Of a stretch of 64,000 bases of DNA, positions 27,096-35,920 are shown in pieces (the stretch's first letter is position 1; each line of letters begins with the position of its first letter). Source of the stretch: a virus. Taxonomy: Duplodnaviria > Caudoviricetes. The translations under genes and the position numbers were made by a program. Below the pieces are notes generated by a model, which was given only the letters and a program-made list of their open reading frames with translations, was not told the origin of the DNA and searched no databases. The stretch covers positions 75,666-139,665 of IMG/VR virus record IMGVR_UViG_3300014059_000005. One strand, 5' to 3'.

Positions 27096-27566
27096 TCAAC
27101 GGGTGCGGTTGCGACGGAACGCCTGTTCCGTCTTCAGTCGCTCGATATGGTCTGCCGCCTGGCGATCCTTGGGGATCTTGGGATCGGCGTAGTAGCCCGC
27201 CAGGAATAGCTGGAGTATGCCTTCGATCGAGCCCTTGCGCTGGCGGTAGGATTCCACGGACCCCGCCAGGAGTTCTGCCTTGTACTCGGCCTCGACCACG
27301 GCTTGCTGGACTTCCTGGTACTTTACGGACATCTCCAGGGCATCGTCCACCGAGGACTCCGTCGCCTTGGTAATCCCAAAAGCCTCTGGGTTCTGTCGGA
27401 TCGCCTTGCGGATCTTGGCCTTGGTCAGCTTGAGCAAGTTCTTGGCTTCGGCCACCTCCTTGCGAGCTTCCGCCAGGGATCCAGATTCCTTGCGATACAG
27501 CTTGGGCTGCTGGATGAGTTCGGTGTCGAGGTTGAACGGGTCGATCTCGACGAAATCCTCGGTCAT
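27096..27566 (-). CDS. UvsY-like recombination mediator
   Basis: Helical 156 aa; LDTELIQQPKLY...KATESSV...YRQRK pattern. Confidence 0.55.
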   Translation of the reverse strand: MTEDFVEIDPFNLDTELIQQPKLYRKESGSLAEARKEVAEAKNLLKLTKAKIRKAIRQNPEAFGITKATESSVDDALEMSVKYQEVQQAVVEAEYKAELLAGSVESYRQRKGSIEGILQLFLAGYYADPKIPKDRQAADHIERLKTEQAFRRNRTR

Positions 27567-27617
27567 GAGTTGCTCCTTCGCCGGGGGTTTGGATCATCGA
27601 TCCGGGCCGGCATCAAG

Positions 27618-27645
27618 AGTATGCCACAAAAAAACAAGAAGTCAA
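27618..27645 (-). promoter_or_regulatory. Repeated promoter TTGACT-N16-CATACT
   Basis: Motif copy upstream of uvsY-ssb-arrays-recA. Confidence 0.7.
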
Positions 27646-27687
27646 ACCGAGTAACGGAATTTTTTGGTGAATTTCTTTACAGGTAGT

Positions 27688-28644
27688 TTAGGTGTTCCTG
27701 GAGGTACAATTGAAGGCTGCCTTGGCCAGAGAGGCCAGACCCGCCTTGCCATCGGGGTAGGGTAGGCCCTCGAACTCGGAGATCACGTCGGCTGCCCGTG
27801 CCGCCAGACCTGGGGACTCCAGGAGCGCCTTACAGGCATTGGCCAGGACGATTCTTCGGACTTCTTCCCAGGAAGTGCTCTCCGAGAGCGACCGCAGGAT
27901 CTCGGAGACCTTGGCCCACTTGAATCGCTGCCAGACCAGGGCTCGGGCCACGTCCATCGACACACGCATGGTTTCTGGTTCTTCGATGGCGGCTAGTTGT
28001 TCGGAATCGGGCAGTCCCGAGACGCGCTCCAGTTCCTTGAGGGCGATCCTGGCAGAGCCATTGGCGATCTCGGAGAGTTTCTGGAGGACTTCCTGCTGGA
28101 TGGGTTTATCCAGTTTGGAAGAAACTCTCTCCAGGATCTTGAGCACACTGTGCTGGGTCAGGGTCTGTAGCTTGATCTCGGTGCAACGAGATCGGAGAGT
28201 GGCTAGCAATTTGTGGGGATCGGTCGTGGCCAAAATGAAGAACACATGGGACGGAGGTTCTTCCGTGGTCTTGAGGAGTGATTGCTGGGCGTCTCGGGTC
28301 AGAGAAGCTACCTCGTCCAGGTAGTATATCTTGCAGGTGCCACCCCAGGGCTTGTGATCCAGGGTCTTCTGGATCGCCCGGATGGTATCGATTCCACGAG
28401 AGGAGGCGGCGTTGATCTCCTTGAAGTTCCGTCCCTGGCACCCCAGAGACTGGGCGACGATCCGAGCCATAGTGGTCTTGCCGACCCCCGAGGGTCCGAT
28501 CAGCAGAGAGACCTGGGGGAAACGATTGGCTTCCAGCATCTCGGAGATGGATTTGACGGCAGCATCCTGTCCGATGATATTGGATAGTTTACGGGGGCGG
28601 AATGTAGTATGGAACTCGACGATCTGTCCTTGAGTGTCATCCAT
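27688..28644 (-). CDS. Clamp loader, DnaX (gamma/tau)-like AAA+ ATPase
   Basis: FRPRKLSNIIGQ, GPSGVGKTT, EINAASSRGID, LDE, LLKTTEEPP, LRSRC. Confidence 0.9.
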   Translation of the reverse strand: MDDTQGQIVEFHTTFRPRKLSNIIGQDAAVKSISEMLEANRFPQVSLLIGPSGVGKTTMARIVAQSLGCQGRNFKEINAASSRGIDTIRAIQKTLDHKPWGGTCKIYYLDEVASLTRDAQQSLLKTTEEPPSHVFFILATTDPHKLLATLRSRCTEIKLQTLTQHSVLKILERVSSKLDKPIQQEVLQKLSEIANGSARIALKELERVSGLPDSEQLAAIEEPETMRVSMDVARALVWQRFKWAKVSEILRSLSESTSWEEVRRIVLANACKALLESPGLAARAADVISEFEGLPYPDGKAGLASLAKAAFNCTSRNT

Positions 28645-28671
28645 TTGGCTATCTCCAGACGGGTCACAACG

Positions 28672-29346
28672 TCATACAGCAACTTTTGTGGGTTTGGATA
28701 CACGCTGGCCGCAGCCCATTTCCTCTCTGAGCTTCTTGCGTGCATTGTCCAGCAATGTTCGCACGTTGTAGTATCCAAGACCCATCGCGAGTGCGGCCTC
28801 CTGGTAGGTCATCCCTTGTAAATAGCACAACTGAACTGCTCTCAGTTGCTGTGCCGTCAGGCATCGTTTTGCGATGGAAAGAACCCAGGTGTACTCCTCA
28901 TCCTGGTCCAGGTGTGGTGTCTCGGTGTAGTGTGGGTGCTGGGCGTCCGGAGGCATTGGCTCGATCTGGGTTCTCATGCGTGCCTGCCGCTTCTCCTCAC
29001 CTTTTATGTTGTAGGGGAGGCGTATCACCCCCCTGACCCGCACCAGTTCACGCCACACCTTCTGACGGATCCAGTCGCTGGCGTAACTTGCGAATGTTCC
29101 CAGCGAGGGATCCCACGACTCCGCAGCCCGGAGCAGTCCCAGAAATGCTGCTTGCCGTAGATCCTCGAATAGATCCTGGTCGTGGCGGACAGCATTCTTT
29201 GCGTACCTCGATACTCCCCATGCGGCCAGCCGCTGGTTCTCCTCGACGAGTTTGTTCCGCTCCTCAGTTGACCTCACGGACCTCCTCTCATGTGGGTCCT
29301 GGGCCACTTCTTCCAGGCGGGCCATCGCATCATGCAGTGCTGACAT
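28672..29346 (-). CDS. Sigma-70 family sigma factor
   Basis: EDLRQAAFLGLLRAAESWDPSLGTFASYASDWIRQ; C-terminal HTH. Confidence 0.85.
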   Translation of the reverse strand: MSALHDAMARLEEVAQDPHERRSVRSTEERNKLVEENQRLAAWGVSRYAKNAVRHDQDLFEDLRQAAFLGLLRAAESWDPSLGTFASYASDWIRQKVWRELVRVRGVIRLPYNIKGEEKRQARMRTQIEPMPPDAQHPHYTETPHLDQDEEYTWVLSIAKRCLTAQQLRAVQLCYLQGMTYQEAALAMGLGYYNVRTLLDNARKKLREEMGCGQRVSKPTKVAV

Positions 29347-29842
29347 CGGATGTCTCTTCCGACTTCGGTAGCCAGACCGATCCCCGGTTCACTCTGGGTA
29401 TCCCCAATGGCCAGCTGTAGGACACCGTCTCCATGTAGTTCGGGGTCGCCTTGTTCCTGGCGATCAGGAGCCACAGCGACAGATGGATGATCGTTTCCTG
29501 AGTAGGTGCCATGAAGACTTCCAGCACCTGGATGTCCTCACATCCAGGGCCGAATCTGGTCATGCTGGCGTAGGAGATCCCGGCCTTCCCTCCATCCCAG
29601 GATTCGTGGAGGACCACGCGGATTGCTCGCTTCTGGGCTGGGCACCAGGCTGAGAAGATCGGATCGCCGTCTCGTAATGGCGTACCATCCACGGCGATGG
29701 TGTTGAGCCAGGGATAGACCCAGGTGTCTTCCTGGCAAACGGAAACCGACTCCACGTCCTTCCAGAGATCGACGAGTAGATTCTCGGCTTGCTGGTATTC
29801 ATTTGCATCGGTCAGGAAATTCGGGAATAGCAAGGCATCCAT
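29330..29842 (-). CDS. Hypothetical protein
   Basis: 170-aa ORF. Confidence 0.55.
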   Translation of the reverse strand: MDALLFPNFLTDANEYQQAENLLVDLWKDVESVSVCQEDTWVYPWLNTIAVDGTPLRDGDPIFSAWCPAQKRAIRVVLHESWDGGKAGISYASMTRFGPGCEDIQVLEVFMAPTQETIIHLSLWLLIARNKATPNYMETVSYSWPLGIPRVNRGSVWLPKSEETSDVSTA

Positions 29843-29848
29843 ATCTTT

Positions 29849-30097
29849 CTACTTCACCTCTTCGTAGACCTCGGTAAAGACACTCTGCCTGACTGCCGAC
29901 AGACATTCTGGGCGGTAGATGTCCTTGGGATGGTACAGGATCAGTGCCTCGTACTCATCAGGACAGATGGCGTATCCGTGAATCCGGACCACATCCAGGA
30001 CACTCCCAGCCGGAATCCGCTTCCTCCATAGAGTGTTGGTATCGGGCCTGGGGACCGGATCGAACGCAGTCTCTCGCAGTGGGATATCGTTGCTCAT
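29849..30097 (-). CDS. Small DUF1653-like protein
   Basis: Similar layout to the adjacent ORF (LWR...V..A...E.L..Y/F...F.E.Y/FE). Confidence 0.4.
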   Translation of the reverse strand: MSNDIPLRETAFDPVPRPDTNTLWRKRIPAGSVLDVVRIHGYAICPDEYEALILYHPKDIYRPECLSAVRQSVFTEVYEEVK

Positions 30098-30372
30098 TTC
30101 TTTCCTTTCTTGGGTTCTGGGGATTCCTCGAACATCTCGAACTGTTCCAGGAACTCTTTCTGAGTGATAACCCAGCGCAGGGCGGAATCTGGACGGTTGA
30201 GCCAGCGAGTATGGAATACCACCAGGGGCTCCAGATCGGACTCTCTCAGAGCAAGTTCACAGATGCGGTAGACCTTACTACAGACATTACCATCTCTGGA
30301 TTTCTCCCTCCAGAGCCTACCTCTGGGAATCTGATTCTGGAGATTCAGAAGTTCTTCTACGGTTTCTGGCAT
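30094..30372 (-). CDS. Small DUF1653-like protein
   Basis: YRICELALRESDLEPLVVF...WVITQKEFLEQFE. Confidence 0.45.
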   Translation of the reverse strand: MPETVEELLNLQNQIPRGRLWREKSRDGNVCSKVYRICELALRESDLEPLVVFHTRWLNRPDSALRWVITQKEFLEQFEMFEESPEPKKGKK

Positions 30373-30554
30373 GGATTCCTAGCCTGTTGTTTTCTCAGGA
30401 TTACCCGGAAGCCCAAGTAGTTGAACCTGTACAACGATACGACCCTATGGCGGTCCGCCGACCGGCAATATTGGCCGAAGTTGAACCAGCTGCCGCCTCG
30501 GAGCACCCGATCAGAGCCTTGAATAATCGGCTTCGGTCTAGCAATCAGGATCAT
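30357..30554 (-). CDS. CLec/FGE variable micro-gene 17
   Basis: MILIARPKPIIQGSDRVLRGGSWFNFGQYCRSADR...YLGFRVILRK. Confidence 0.8.
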   Translation of the reverse strand: MILIARPKPIIQGSDRVLRGGSWFNFGQYCRSADRHRVVSLYRFNYLGFRVILRKQQARNPCQKP

Positions 30555-30727
30555 GTCGTTCTCTTACGAAGGACAAGTCTCAATCCCACAAGGACAGATA
30601 CTCCATCAGGCACAAACCAGCAACGGTACGCCGAACGGGTCCAATCTTCGTTTGATGGGCGGCTACCGCCTCGGAGTATGGGCTCGACTCCCTGTAAGAT
30701 CGGTTTGGGCTTTGTTATCAGGATCAT
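30551..30727 (-). CDS. CLec/FGE variable micro-gene 18
   Basis: MILITKPKPILQGVEPILRGGS...TRSAYR...VGLRLVLRKRTT. Confidence 0.8.
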   Translation of the reverse strand: MILITKPKPILQGVEPILRGGSRPSNEDWTRSAYRCWFVPDGVSVLVGLRLVLRKRTT

Positions 30728-30900
30728 GATACTTTCTTTTTGAGGATTACTCGAAATCCCAGATCGCAGGACGAGGGCAGTGGCTCGTTCCCGTAGCGGA
30801 GCGATGACCGGTAACTCAGAACGAAGTCGTACCAACTACTGCCCCGGATCACCCAGAGGGAGCCTGAGATGATCGGTCTAGGTCTGGCAATGAGGATCAT
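30724..30900 (-). CDS. CLec/FGE variable micro-gene 19
   Basis: MILIARPRPIISGSLWVIRGSSWYDFVLSYRSSLRYGNEPLPSSCDLGFRVILKKKVS. Confidence 0.8.
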   Translation of the reverse strand: MILIARPRPIISGSLWVIRGSSWYDFVLSYRSSLRYGNEPLPSSCDLGFRVILKKKVS

Positions 30901-31079
30901 GGTGTTCTCTTGCGGAGAATGATGCGGAGGCCCAGGAAGAAGCCCGGGCCTGTCGGATCATACCCATAGCGGTCCGCCGATCGGCAGAACCGGCTGTACC
31001 CGTACCAGCTACCGCCCCGGAACACTCGGGACAGATTTTCTGACCCGATCATCTTGTTGATATTGGATATCGTAATCAT
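30897..31079 (-). CDS. CLec/FGE variable micro-gene 20
   Basis: MITISNINK...RVFRGGSWYGYSRFCRSADR...LGLRIILRKRTP. Confidence 0.8.
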   Translation of the reverse strand: MITISNINKMIGSENLSRVFRGGSWYGYSRFCRSADRYGYDPTGPGFFLGLRIILRKRTP

Positions 31080-31089
31080 GTCTATCTTC

Positions 31090-31626
31090 CTAGATATCGG
31101 CTGGGGTCAAGCCCAGAGAAGCAATCATTTGGGATAATTTCTTGCTGGCTTTCCCTGAATAGTATTTGCTCTGGTGGGTGGTAGTTCCCAGAGCCACGGC
31201 GGTGTCCTCACAAGTCATTCCCGATTCATATCGCAACTGGATTACTTCACGCTCGCGATCGGTCAGTGACCCCAGCAGAGTTCGGTAGATTTCCACTATC
31301 CAGCATTGCCTGAATGGATCGATGGCCGTATCGGGAATCAGTAGCAAAGGAGCAGGTCCATCGATTGCTGCCCGATCTCCTGGACGGATAGATCCCATAA
31401 GATTGGAAATCTTCCAGGCTTCCCTCTGGATTGCCCGTAATACCGATGGCCAGGCATAGTTGCGAAATTGCATACCCAGACCAGGGCGATAGGCCAGGGT
31501 GCATCTCCACAAGGACATCCTGCCGGCCTGCTGAAGGTCTTCCAGAGGGCATCGGCGAAAGTTGCGATGGACTCTGGAAGCGATCCGAATCGGGATCCAG
31601 GCGTGCTCACGATAGAGACTTTCCAA
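31090..31626 (-). CDS. Sigma-70 family sigma factor (start uncertain)
   Basis: EDLQQAGRMSLWRCTLAYRPGLGMQFRNYAW; LTDREREVIQLRY HTH; no in-frame ATG, TTG at 31626 assumed. Confidence 0.75.
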   Translation of the reverse strand: MESLYREHAWIPIRIASRVHRNFRRCPLEDLQQAGRMSLWRCTLAYRPGLGMQFRNYAWPSVLRAIQREAWKISNLMGSIRPGDRAAIDGPAPLLLIPDTAIDPFRQCWIVEIYRTLLGSLTDREREVIQLRYESGMTCEDTAVALGTTTHQSKYYSGKASKKLSQMIASLGLTPADI

Positions 31627-31652
31627 TTGATCTCTATCTAGTAGACCATTAC

Positions 31653-32216
31653 CTAGCGGACCACCGCATGGGTCAGGCCGGTTTGATTCTGGTACTTGCC
31701 TGCTTTGTCCGCATAGCTCACCCGGCACATCGAATCCCCTCGCAAGAACAGAGCCTGGAGGATTCCCTCGTTCGCATAGACCCGGACTGGCATGGGTCCG
31801 GAGTTGGAGATTTCCAGAGTGACCTTGCCACGCCACTCCGGCTCCAGAGGCGTGACGTTGACGATGATCCCACACCGTGCGTAGGTGCTCTTCCCCAGGC
31901 AGATCGCGATGATGTCCCGGGGGATTTCCAGATACTCCAGGGTCTCTCCCAGGACGAAGGAGTGGGGCCTGATGATCACGCTGTCCCCCTCGTATTCCTC
32001 CCAGAGTTCGGGATCGTGGACCTTGGGATCCAGTATCTTGTTTCGGTGTTCTGGGGGCAAATCCTCGAAGTCCTTGAGAATCCTGAACTTGCGCCCCAGT
32101 CGCAGGTCATACCCGTAGCTCGACACACCGTAGGAGATAAGACCCTGACCACTAACCGGATGGGACCAGGGAGCGATACGAACCTCACGGGCAATCTGGT
32201 GATCAGCAAGGGCCAT
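31653..32216 (-). CDS. dcd: dCTP deaminase
   Basis: ISYGVSSYGYDLR, CLGKSTYARCGIIVNVTPLEPEWRG, YANEG, YQNQTG. Confidence 0.95.
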   Translation of the reverse strand: MALADHQIAREVRIAPWSHPVSGQGLISYGVSSYGYDLRLGRKFRILKDFEDLPPEHRNKILDPKVHDPELWEEYEGDSVIIRPHSFVLGETLEYLEIPRDIIAICLGKSTYARCGIIVNVTPLEPEWRGKVTLEISNSGPMPVRVYANEGILQALFLRGDSMCRVSYADKAGKYQNQTGLTHAVVR

Positions 32217-32242
32217 GTTACTCTCCAATCTTGGAAAAGAGA

Positions 32243-32431
32243 TCACTGAGGTTGAATTGGATGTTTCTTTCTGAGGGCAATCCGGAAGCCCAGGTTGTAG
32301 AACCGAACTGTCGGCTCGAACCTGTTGCGGTTCGCCGACCGACAGCGTCCACCATAGAAGATCCAGCCGCCGCCCCGGTACACCCGGTCGGTGCCCCGGT
32401 TGATAGGTCTAGGTCTAGCGATGAGGATCAT
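32243..32431 (-). CDS. CLec/FGE variable micro-gene 21
   Basis: MILIARPRPINRGTDRVYRGGGW...CRSANRNRFEPTVRFYNLGFRIALRK. Confidence 0.8.
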   Translation of the reverse strand: MILIARPRPINRGTDRVYRGGGWIFYGGRCRSANRNRFEPTVRFYNLGFRIALRKKHPIQPQ

Positions 32432-32607
32432 TTCAATCTCTTTCTTAGGGCAACCCGGAAGCCCAGATAGTTGTCCCGATTCGACGGCACGAGCCTATCG
32501 CGGTACGCCGACCGGCAGTACCAGTTGTCGTAGCTAGACCAACTGCTGCCCCGGAACATCCGGTAGGAGCCCAAGGTGATAGGTCTAGGTCTAGCGATCA
32601 GGATCAT
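32428..32607 (-). CDS. CLec/FGE variable micro-gene 22
   Basis: MILIARPRPITLGSYRMFRGSSWSSYDNWYCRSAYRDRLVPSNRDNYLGFRVALRKRLK. Confidence 0.8.
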   Translation of the reverse strand: MILIARPRPITLGSYRMFRGSSWSSYDNWYCRSAYRDRLVPSNRDNYLGFRVALRKRLK

Positions 32608-32780
32608 TTATCTCTCTTTCTCAGGACAACACGGAAGCCCAGATCGCTGAACCGGAACATCGGACCATTTCTAACGCGGGGCGACAACCGGCAGTACAGG
32701 TCGCCGCTGACCCAGCCACCGCCCCGAAACACCCGGTAGGGGCTCTAAATGATCGGCTTAGGTTTAGCGATCAGGATCAT
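32604..32780 (-). pseudogene. Micro-gene 23 with an in-frame TAG at codon 12 (32745-32747)
   Basis: MILIAKPKPII*SPYRVFRGGGWVSGDLYCRLSPRVRNGPMFRFSDLGFRVVLRKRDK; many other copies have CAG here. Confidence 0.75.
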
Positions 32781-32791
32781 GTGGATTCCTC

Positions 32792-33394
32792 TCAAGCTCC
32801 CAGACCGGCCCCGTCATGGTATCGGAACAACCCACAGGCAAGCAGTTTGCCCCGTGACGCCTCGATGGTGGCACTGACGGCCTGCGGGGACACCCCCAGC
32901 ACCTTCGCCGTCTCGATCATGGATCCGGTCCCCGTCGGGCCGTAGACGGACCACATGATCTGGTACTGGCGTGGGGTCAGGGTGGCCTCGATCCTTTCCC
33001 ACAACTCTTCCAGTTCGATCTTCGATCCCGGCCTTTCGTTTGCCAGCAACCACCCCAAAGAGTCCCCCTCGATGCTCTGGCAGCTGAGTCTTCGTATCTG
33101 CTCCCGGAGTGACTCCTTGGTGTGCTGCTCCGGGATGTGGATGATCGTTCGCAGTACACTCGCCTCCCTGCGGAGACCCCTTTCCATCCAGACGGTGGCA
33201 TACGTCGAGAAGGCGATTCCCCGCAACGGGTCCCACTTCTCGGCCGCACGGATCAGGAGTAGCGTGGCGATCTGCACCAGGTCGTCCATGTCGTTCTCGT
33301 CCTGGCAAGCCCACCGCCCGAACCTCTGGGCTGCCGCGTGGGCCAGTCCCAGGTTCCCCTCGATCAACCTGTTCCGATGCTCGACGTCGCTCAC
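32792..33394 (-). CDS. Sigma-70 family sigma factor
   Basis: RNRLIEGNLGLA, DDLVQ...AAEKWDPLRGIAFSTYATVW, HTH ETAKVLGVSPQAVS. Confidence 0.85.
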   Translation of the reverse strand: MSDVEHRNRLIEGNLGLAHAAAQRFGRWACQDENDMDDLVQIATLLLIRAAEKWDPLRGIAFSTYATVWMERGLRREASVLRTIIHIPEQHTKESLREQIRRLSCQSIEGDSLGWLLANERPGSKIELEELWERIEATLTPRQYQIMWSVYGPTGTGSMIETAKVLGVSPQAVSATIEASRGKLLACGLFRYHDGAGLGA

Positions 33395-33570
33395 CGCTCC
33401 AGCCTCCGCTTCAGAATCAACCGGAAGCCCCGACCACTACTCAGATATATCGGGGCAACCAATAGACGACTCGCCGATCGAACATACCGGCTATTGTTGC
33501 TCCAGTAACCACCCCGGATCACCTGGTGGGAGCCCCTGAGAATCGGTTGGGGTCTAGGGATCAGGATCAT
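33391..33570 (-). CDS. CLec/FGE variable micro-gene 24
   Basis: MILIPRPQPILRGSHQVIRGGYW...VRSASR...RGFRLILKRRLER. Confidence 0.8.
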   Translation of the reverse strand: MILIPRPQPILRGSHQVIRGGYWSNNSRYVRSASRLLVAPIYLSSGRGFRLILKRRLER

Positions 33571-33703
33571 GGTGTTCGCTTTCTCAGGGCCAGTACCCGT
33601 CGCGGTAGGCGGACCAGAGGATCCCACCGACCCAGCCACCCCGGAGCACCCGAGACGAGGCCCCTACAACGACGATGTTTTTCGGTTTAGATATCAGGAT
33701 CAC
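33567..33703 (-). pseudogene. Micro-gene 25, truncated by an out-of-frame deletion (stop at 33584)
   Basis: VILISKPKNIVVVGASSRVLRGGW...SAYRDGYWP*; the residual CTGAGAAAG tail is out of frame. Confidence 0.65.
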
Positions 33704-33885
33704 GGGACCTTCTTTCTCAGAACCAGCCGGACCCCGTAGTCGCGGACCCGGAAGTCCGGCTCGATCCAGTTGTGGAAGGCGGACCGGCAATACCTTCCGT
33801 AGAGGCAGCTACCGCCCCGGAGCACGCGAGCCGAGGCCCCGACCAGGGTAACGGTTAGCGGTGATCTGACGATGGTAAACTTCAT
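33700..33885 (-). CDS. CLec/FGE variable micro-gene 26
   Basis: MKFTIVRSP...GASARVLRGGSCLYGRYCRSAFH...YGVRLVLRKKVP. Confidence 0.8.
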   Translation of the reverse strand: MKFTIVRSPLTVTLVGASARVLRGGSCLYGRYCRSAFHNWIEPDFRVRDYGVRLVLRKKVP

Positions 33886-34199
33886 GGCAACCCCCCGCTA
33901 TCCCGGCACAGTTCCTCCAGTTCCTCGGGCACGGGGATGCTGTGTTCGGTCAGCAATCGTAGCACGTCCTGGGGCCGGATCCGGTAGTGGGAGGCGTTGC
34001 CCACACGAGTGCCCTTGAGGATCCCACGCTCGATCCACCTGTGGACCGTGCCGATGGACATGGAGGTCAGGCGGGCCACGTCCCCGGTGGTCAGGTTGTT
34101 ACCCAGGGGGCGGTTCTTGCCCTTGGGTTTGTACGTCTTGGGTTTGATCGCCTTGGGCGTGATTGCTTTGGGCGTGGCTGCCTTGGTGTTTTCGCTCAT
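33882..34199 (-). CDS. Excisionase/MerR-like HTH DNA-binding protein
   Basis: LTTGDVARLTSMSIGTVHRWIERGILKGTRV...YRIRPQDV. Confidence 0.8.
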   Translation of the reverse strand: MSENTKAATPKAITPKAIKPKTYKPKGKNRPLGNNLTTGDVARLTSMSIGTVHRWIERGILKGTRVGNASHYRIRPQDVLRLLTEHSIPVPEELEELCRDSGGLP

Positions 34200-35704
34200 G
34201 CCGCTAACTTCACCTTCTTCTTGTGGTGCCAGGACTGGTCGGGCTCACACAACTCGGCCTCGATCTCCAGGGGTACGATGATCCACTTCCAGTGTTCGGG
34301 CAGCTTCTGGGTGATGTAGTACCGGATCTGGTGGATCACGTCCTGTACCTCGTCGGGATGACAGTCCAGGATCATGGAGTCGTGGATCTGCCCCACGATC
34401 CGGGATCGCATCTTCTTCCTCCGGAGCCAAGACTCGGTCCAGATCAGGGCCTGGAGCAGACAGTGGAAACTAGACGATTGTACAGGATAGTTCGTAGCGT
34501 CGTTGCGGGAGAGCAGTCCACCCTTGCCCCAGCGCATGTAGAAGCCGGTGTAGTTATAGAAGCCCTTGTTCTCCAGATAGGCTTCCCACCACTTCTGCTT
34601 CCATCTCTTGTAGACCGAGAAGCGGTTCTCCCAGAAATCATTCTCCACTCTGCGGATATGGTGTTCATAGGTCCCAGGAATCGGTCTGCCCCTGGGATCA
34701 CAGCGACCCAGTTCGGTGATTCCCAGAGATGCCAGGTGCTCCTGGAGCAGAGGCCCAGTGGCTTTCTTGCCATCATCTCCGGGCAGTTTGATCCGTAATT
34801 GCATCTGGCCCAGGGCTTCCCACAGATGGGGAGCACACTGGAAGTAGACAGAGCCATAGAACTGGGGGAAGACGAACTTGTTCTTCGCACAGTAGCGAGA
34901 CTGATCAGATACTTTTTCTATCGGAATTAGATAACATTCTGCCGCCATATCTCGGTGCATGTCGGACTTTGGGTTATGGAGGTACTCCCCCATCACCGGG
35001 TCCTTGTGGTAGCAGTAGGCTATCCGCACCTCGATACCAGAGAGGTCCATCTCCAGGAGTTGGTATCCCGGTCTGGGAACGAAGCAGGACCGCACGATCC
35101 CCGCCATCAGAGGATTGCGCACGGGTAAATTTTGGAAGTTAAGAGATCCTCCAAAGTCTCCTTGGGACTTGTCGCTACCCGAAGAAGATCGGTAGGTAGC
35201 CGCTGTATGCAGATTGAAGGTGGGGTGCAGATAGCCGTCCACCACCTCTCTGCGGATACCCTTCAGGAAGGTTCCCCTGGCCTTCTTCAGGGTGCGGATG
35301 TCGGCGTACTTACGGAGAAAGGGTAGGTCGATCTCCTGGAGTACAGCCTTGTCGGTAGACGCCAGACCTGTCTTCGTGGTTTTCTTGGATTCGTAGCCCA
35401 GGGCAGTGAACAGAATGTGTCGTAGTTGCTCTGGAGAGTCCAGGTTCGTGGACTCTCCATACACACTCTTCCACTGTTTGTAGGTGGTGTCCGATTCTAG
35501 ATCGGTCATTCCTATCCGGATCTGGGCATCGATATCCCCGTCCACCCGCGAGAGGTATTCCTCATCGATACGAATACCGGCATCTTCGACCCTCGACAGG
35601 GCCAGCACACCATCATGGAACAGTTGGTAGGCTTCGGGGAGGGCTGGCTGCAACGCTGCAACTCCTAACGTAACTCCTAACGCAACTACTCCTGACTTGC
35701 CCAC
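34196..35704 (-). CDS. DNA polymerase family A, polymerase domain only
   Basis: NFQNLPVR, motif A DLSGIEVR, motif B R..AKNKFVFPQFYG, NYPVQS, motif C QIHDS. Confidence 0.92.
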   Translation of the reverse strand: MGKSGVVALGVTLGVAALQPALPEAYQLFHDGVLALSRVEDAGIRIDEEYLSRVDGDIDAQIRIGMTDLESDTTYKQWKSVYGESTNLDSPEQLRHILFTALGYESKKTTKTGLASTDKAVLQEIDLPFLRKYADIRTLKKARGTFLKGIRREVVDGYLHPTFNLHTAATYRSSSGSDKSQGDFGGSLNFQNLPVRNPLMAGIVRSCFVPRPGYQLLEMDLSGIEVRIAYCYHKDPVMGEYLHNPKSDMHRDMAAECYLIPIEKVSDQSRYCAKNKFVFPQFYGSVYFQCAPHLWEALGQMQLRIKLPGDDGKKATGPLLQEHLASLGITELGRCDPRGRPIPGTYEHHIRRVENDFWENRFSVYKRWKQKWWEAYLENKGFYNYTGFYMRWGKGGLLSRNDATNYPVQSSSFHCLLQALIWTESWLRRKKMRSRIVGQIHDSMILDCHPDEVQDVIHQIRYYITQKLPEHWKWIIVPLEIEAELCEPDQSWHHKKKVKLAA

Positions 35705-35721
35705 TCCTGGATCATCTGTTC

Positions 35722-35850
35722 CTAGTGGAGCAACTCTTCCCGGACCACGTCCATGCTCCTGGGGGCTCGGATCCCCAGTTTCATCCGCTTGGTGGTGTGA
35801 TAGATCACATCGAGGCGGATCTCGCCATATTCGGTCTGTATGATAACCAT
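35722..35850 (-). CDS. CsrA-like (carbon storage regulator) protein, start uncertain
   Basis: VIIQT..GEIRLDV...KLGIRAPRSMDVVREEL resembles CsrA IGxxAPxxVxVxREE. Confidence 0.5.
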   Translation of the reverse strand: MVIIQTEYGEIRLDVIYHTTKRMKLGIRAPRSMDVVREELLH

Positions 35851-35920
35851 GTCCCGATCATTACACAGGATATCGTGATACCTGGTATTCTTCTCCCTGG
35901 TATTCTGCTCCCTGGTGTCA

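Noticed and set aside
27043-27597. N-terminal extension of the 578-aa ORF 25861..27597
   Set aside because: It overlaps the UvsY-like gene in another frame; the SSB more plausibly starts at 27042.
21762-32747. Genome-wide TAG recoding
   Set aside because: TAG is the natural stop of several genes at family-conserved ends (e.g. 20882, dcd 31653, 38322); only two interrupting TAGs were seen.
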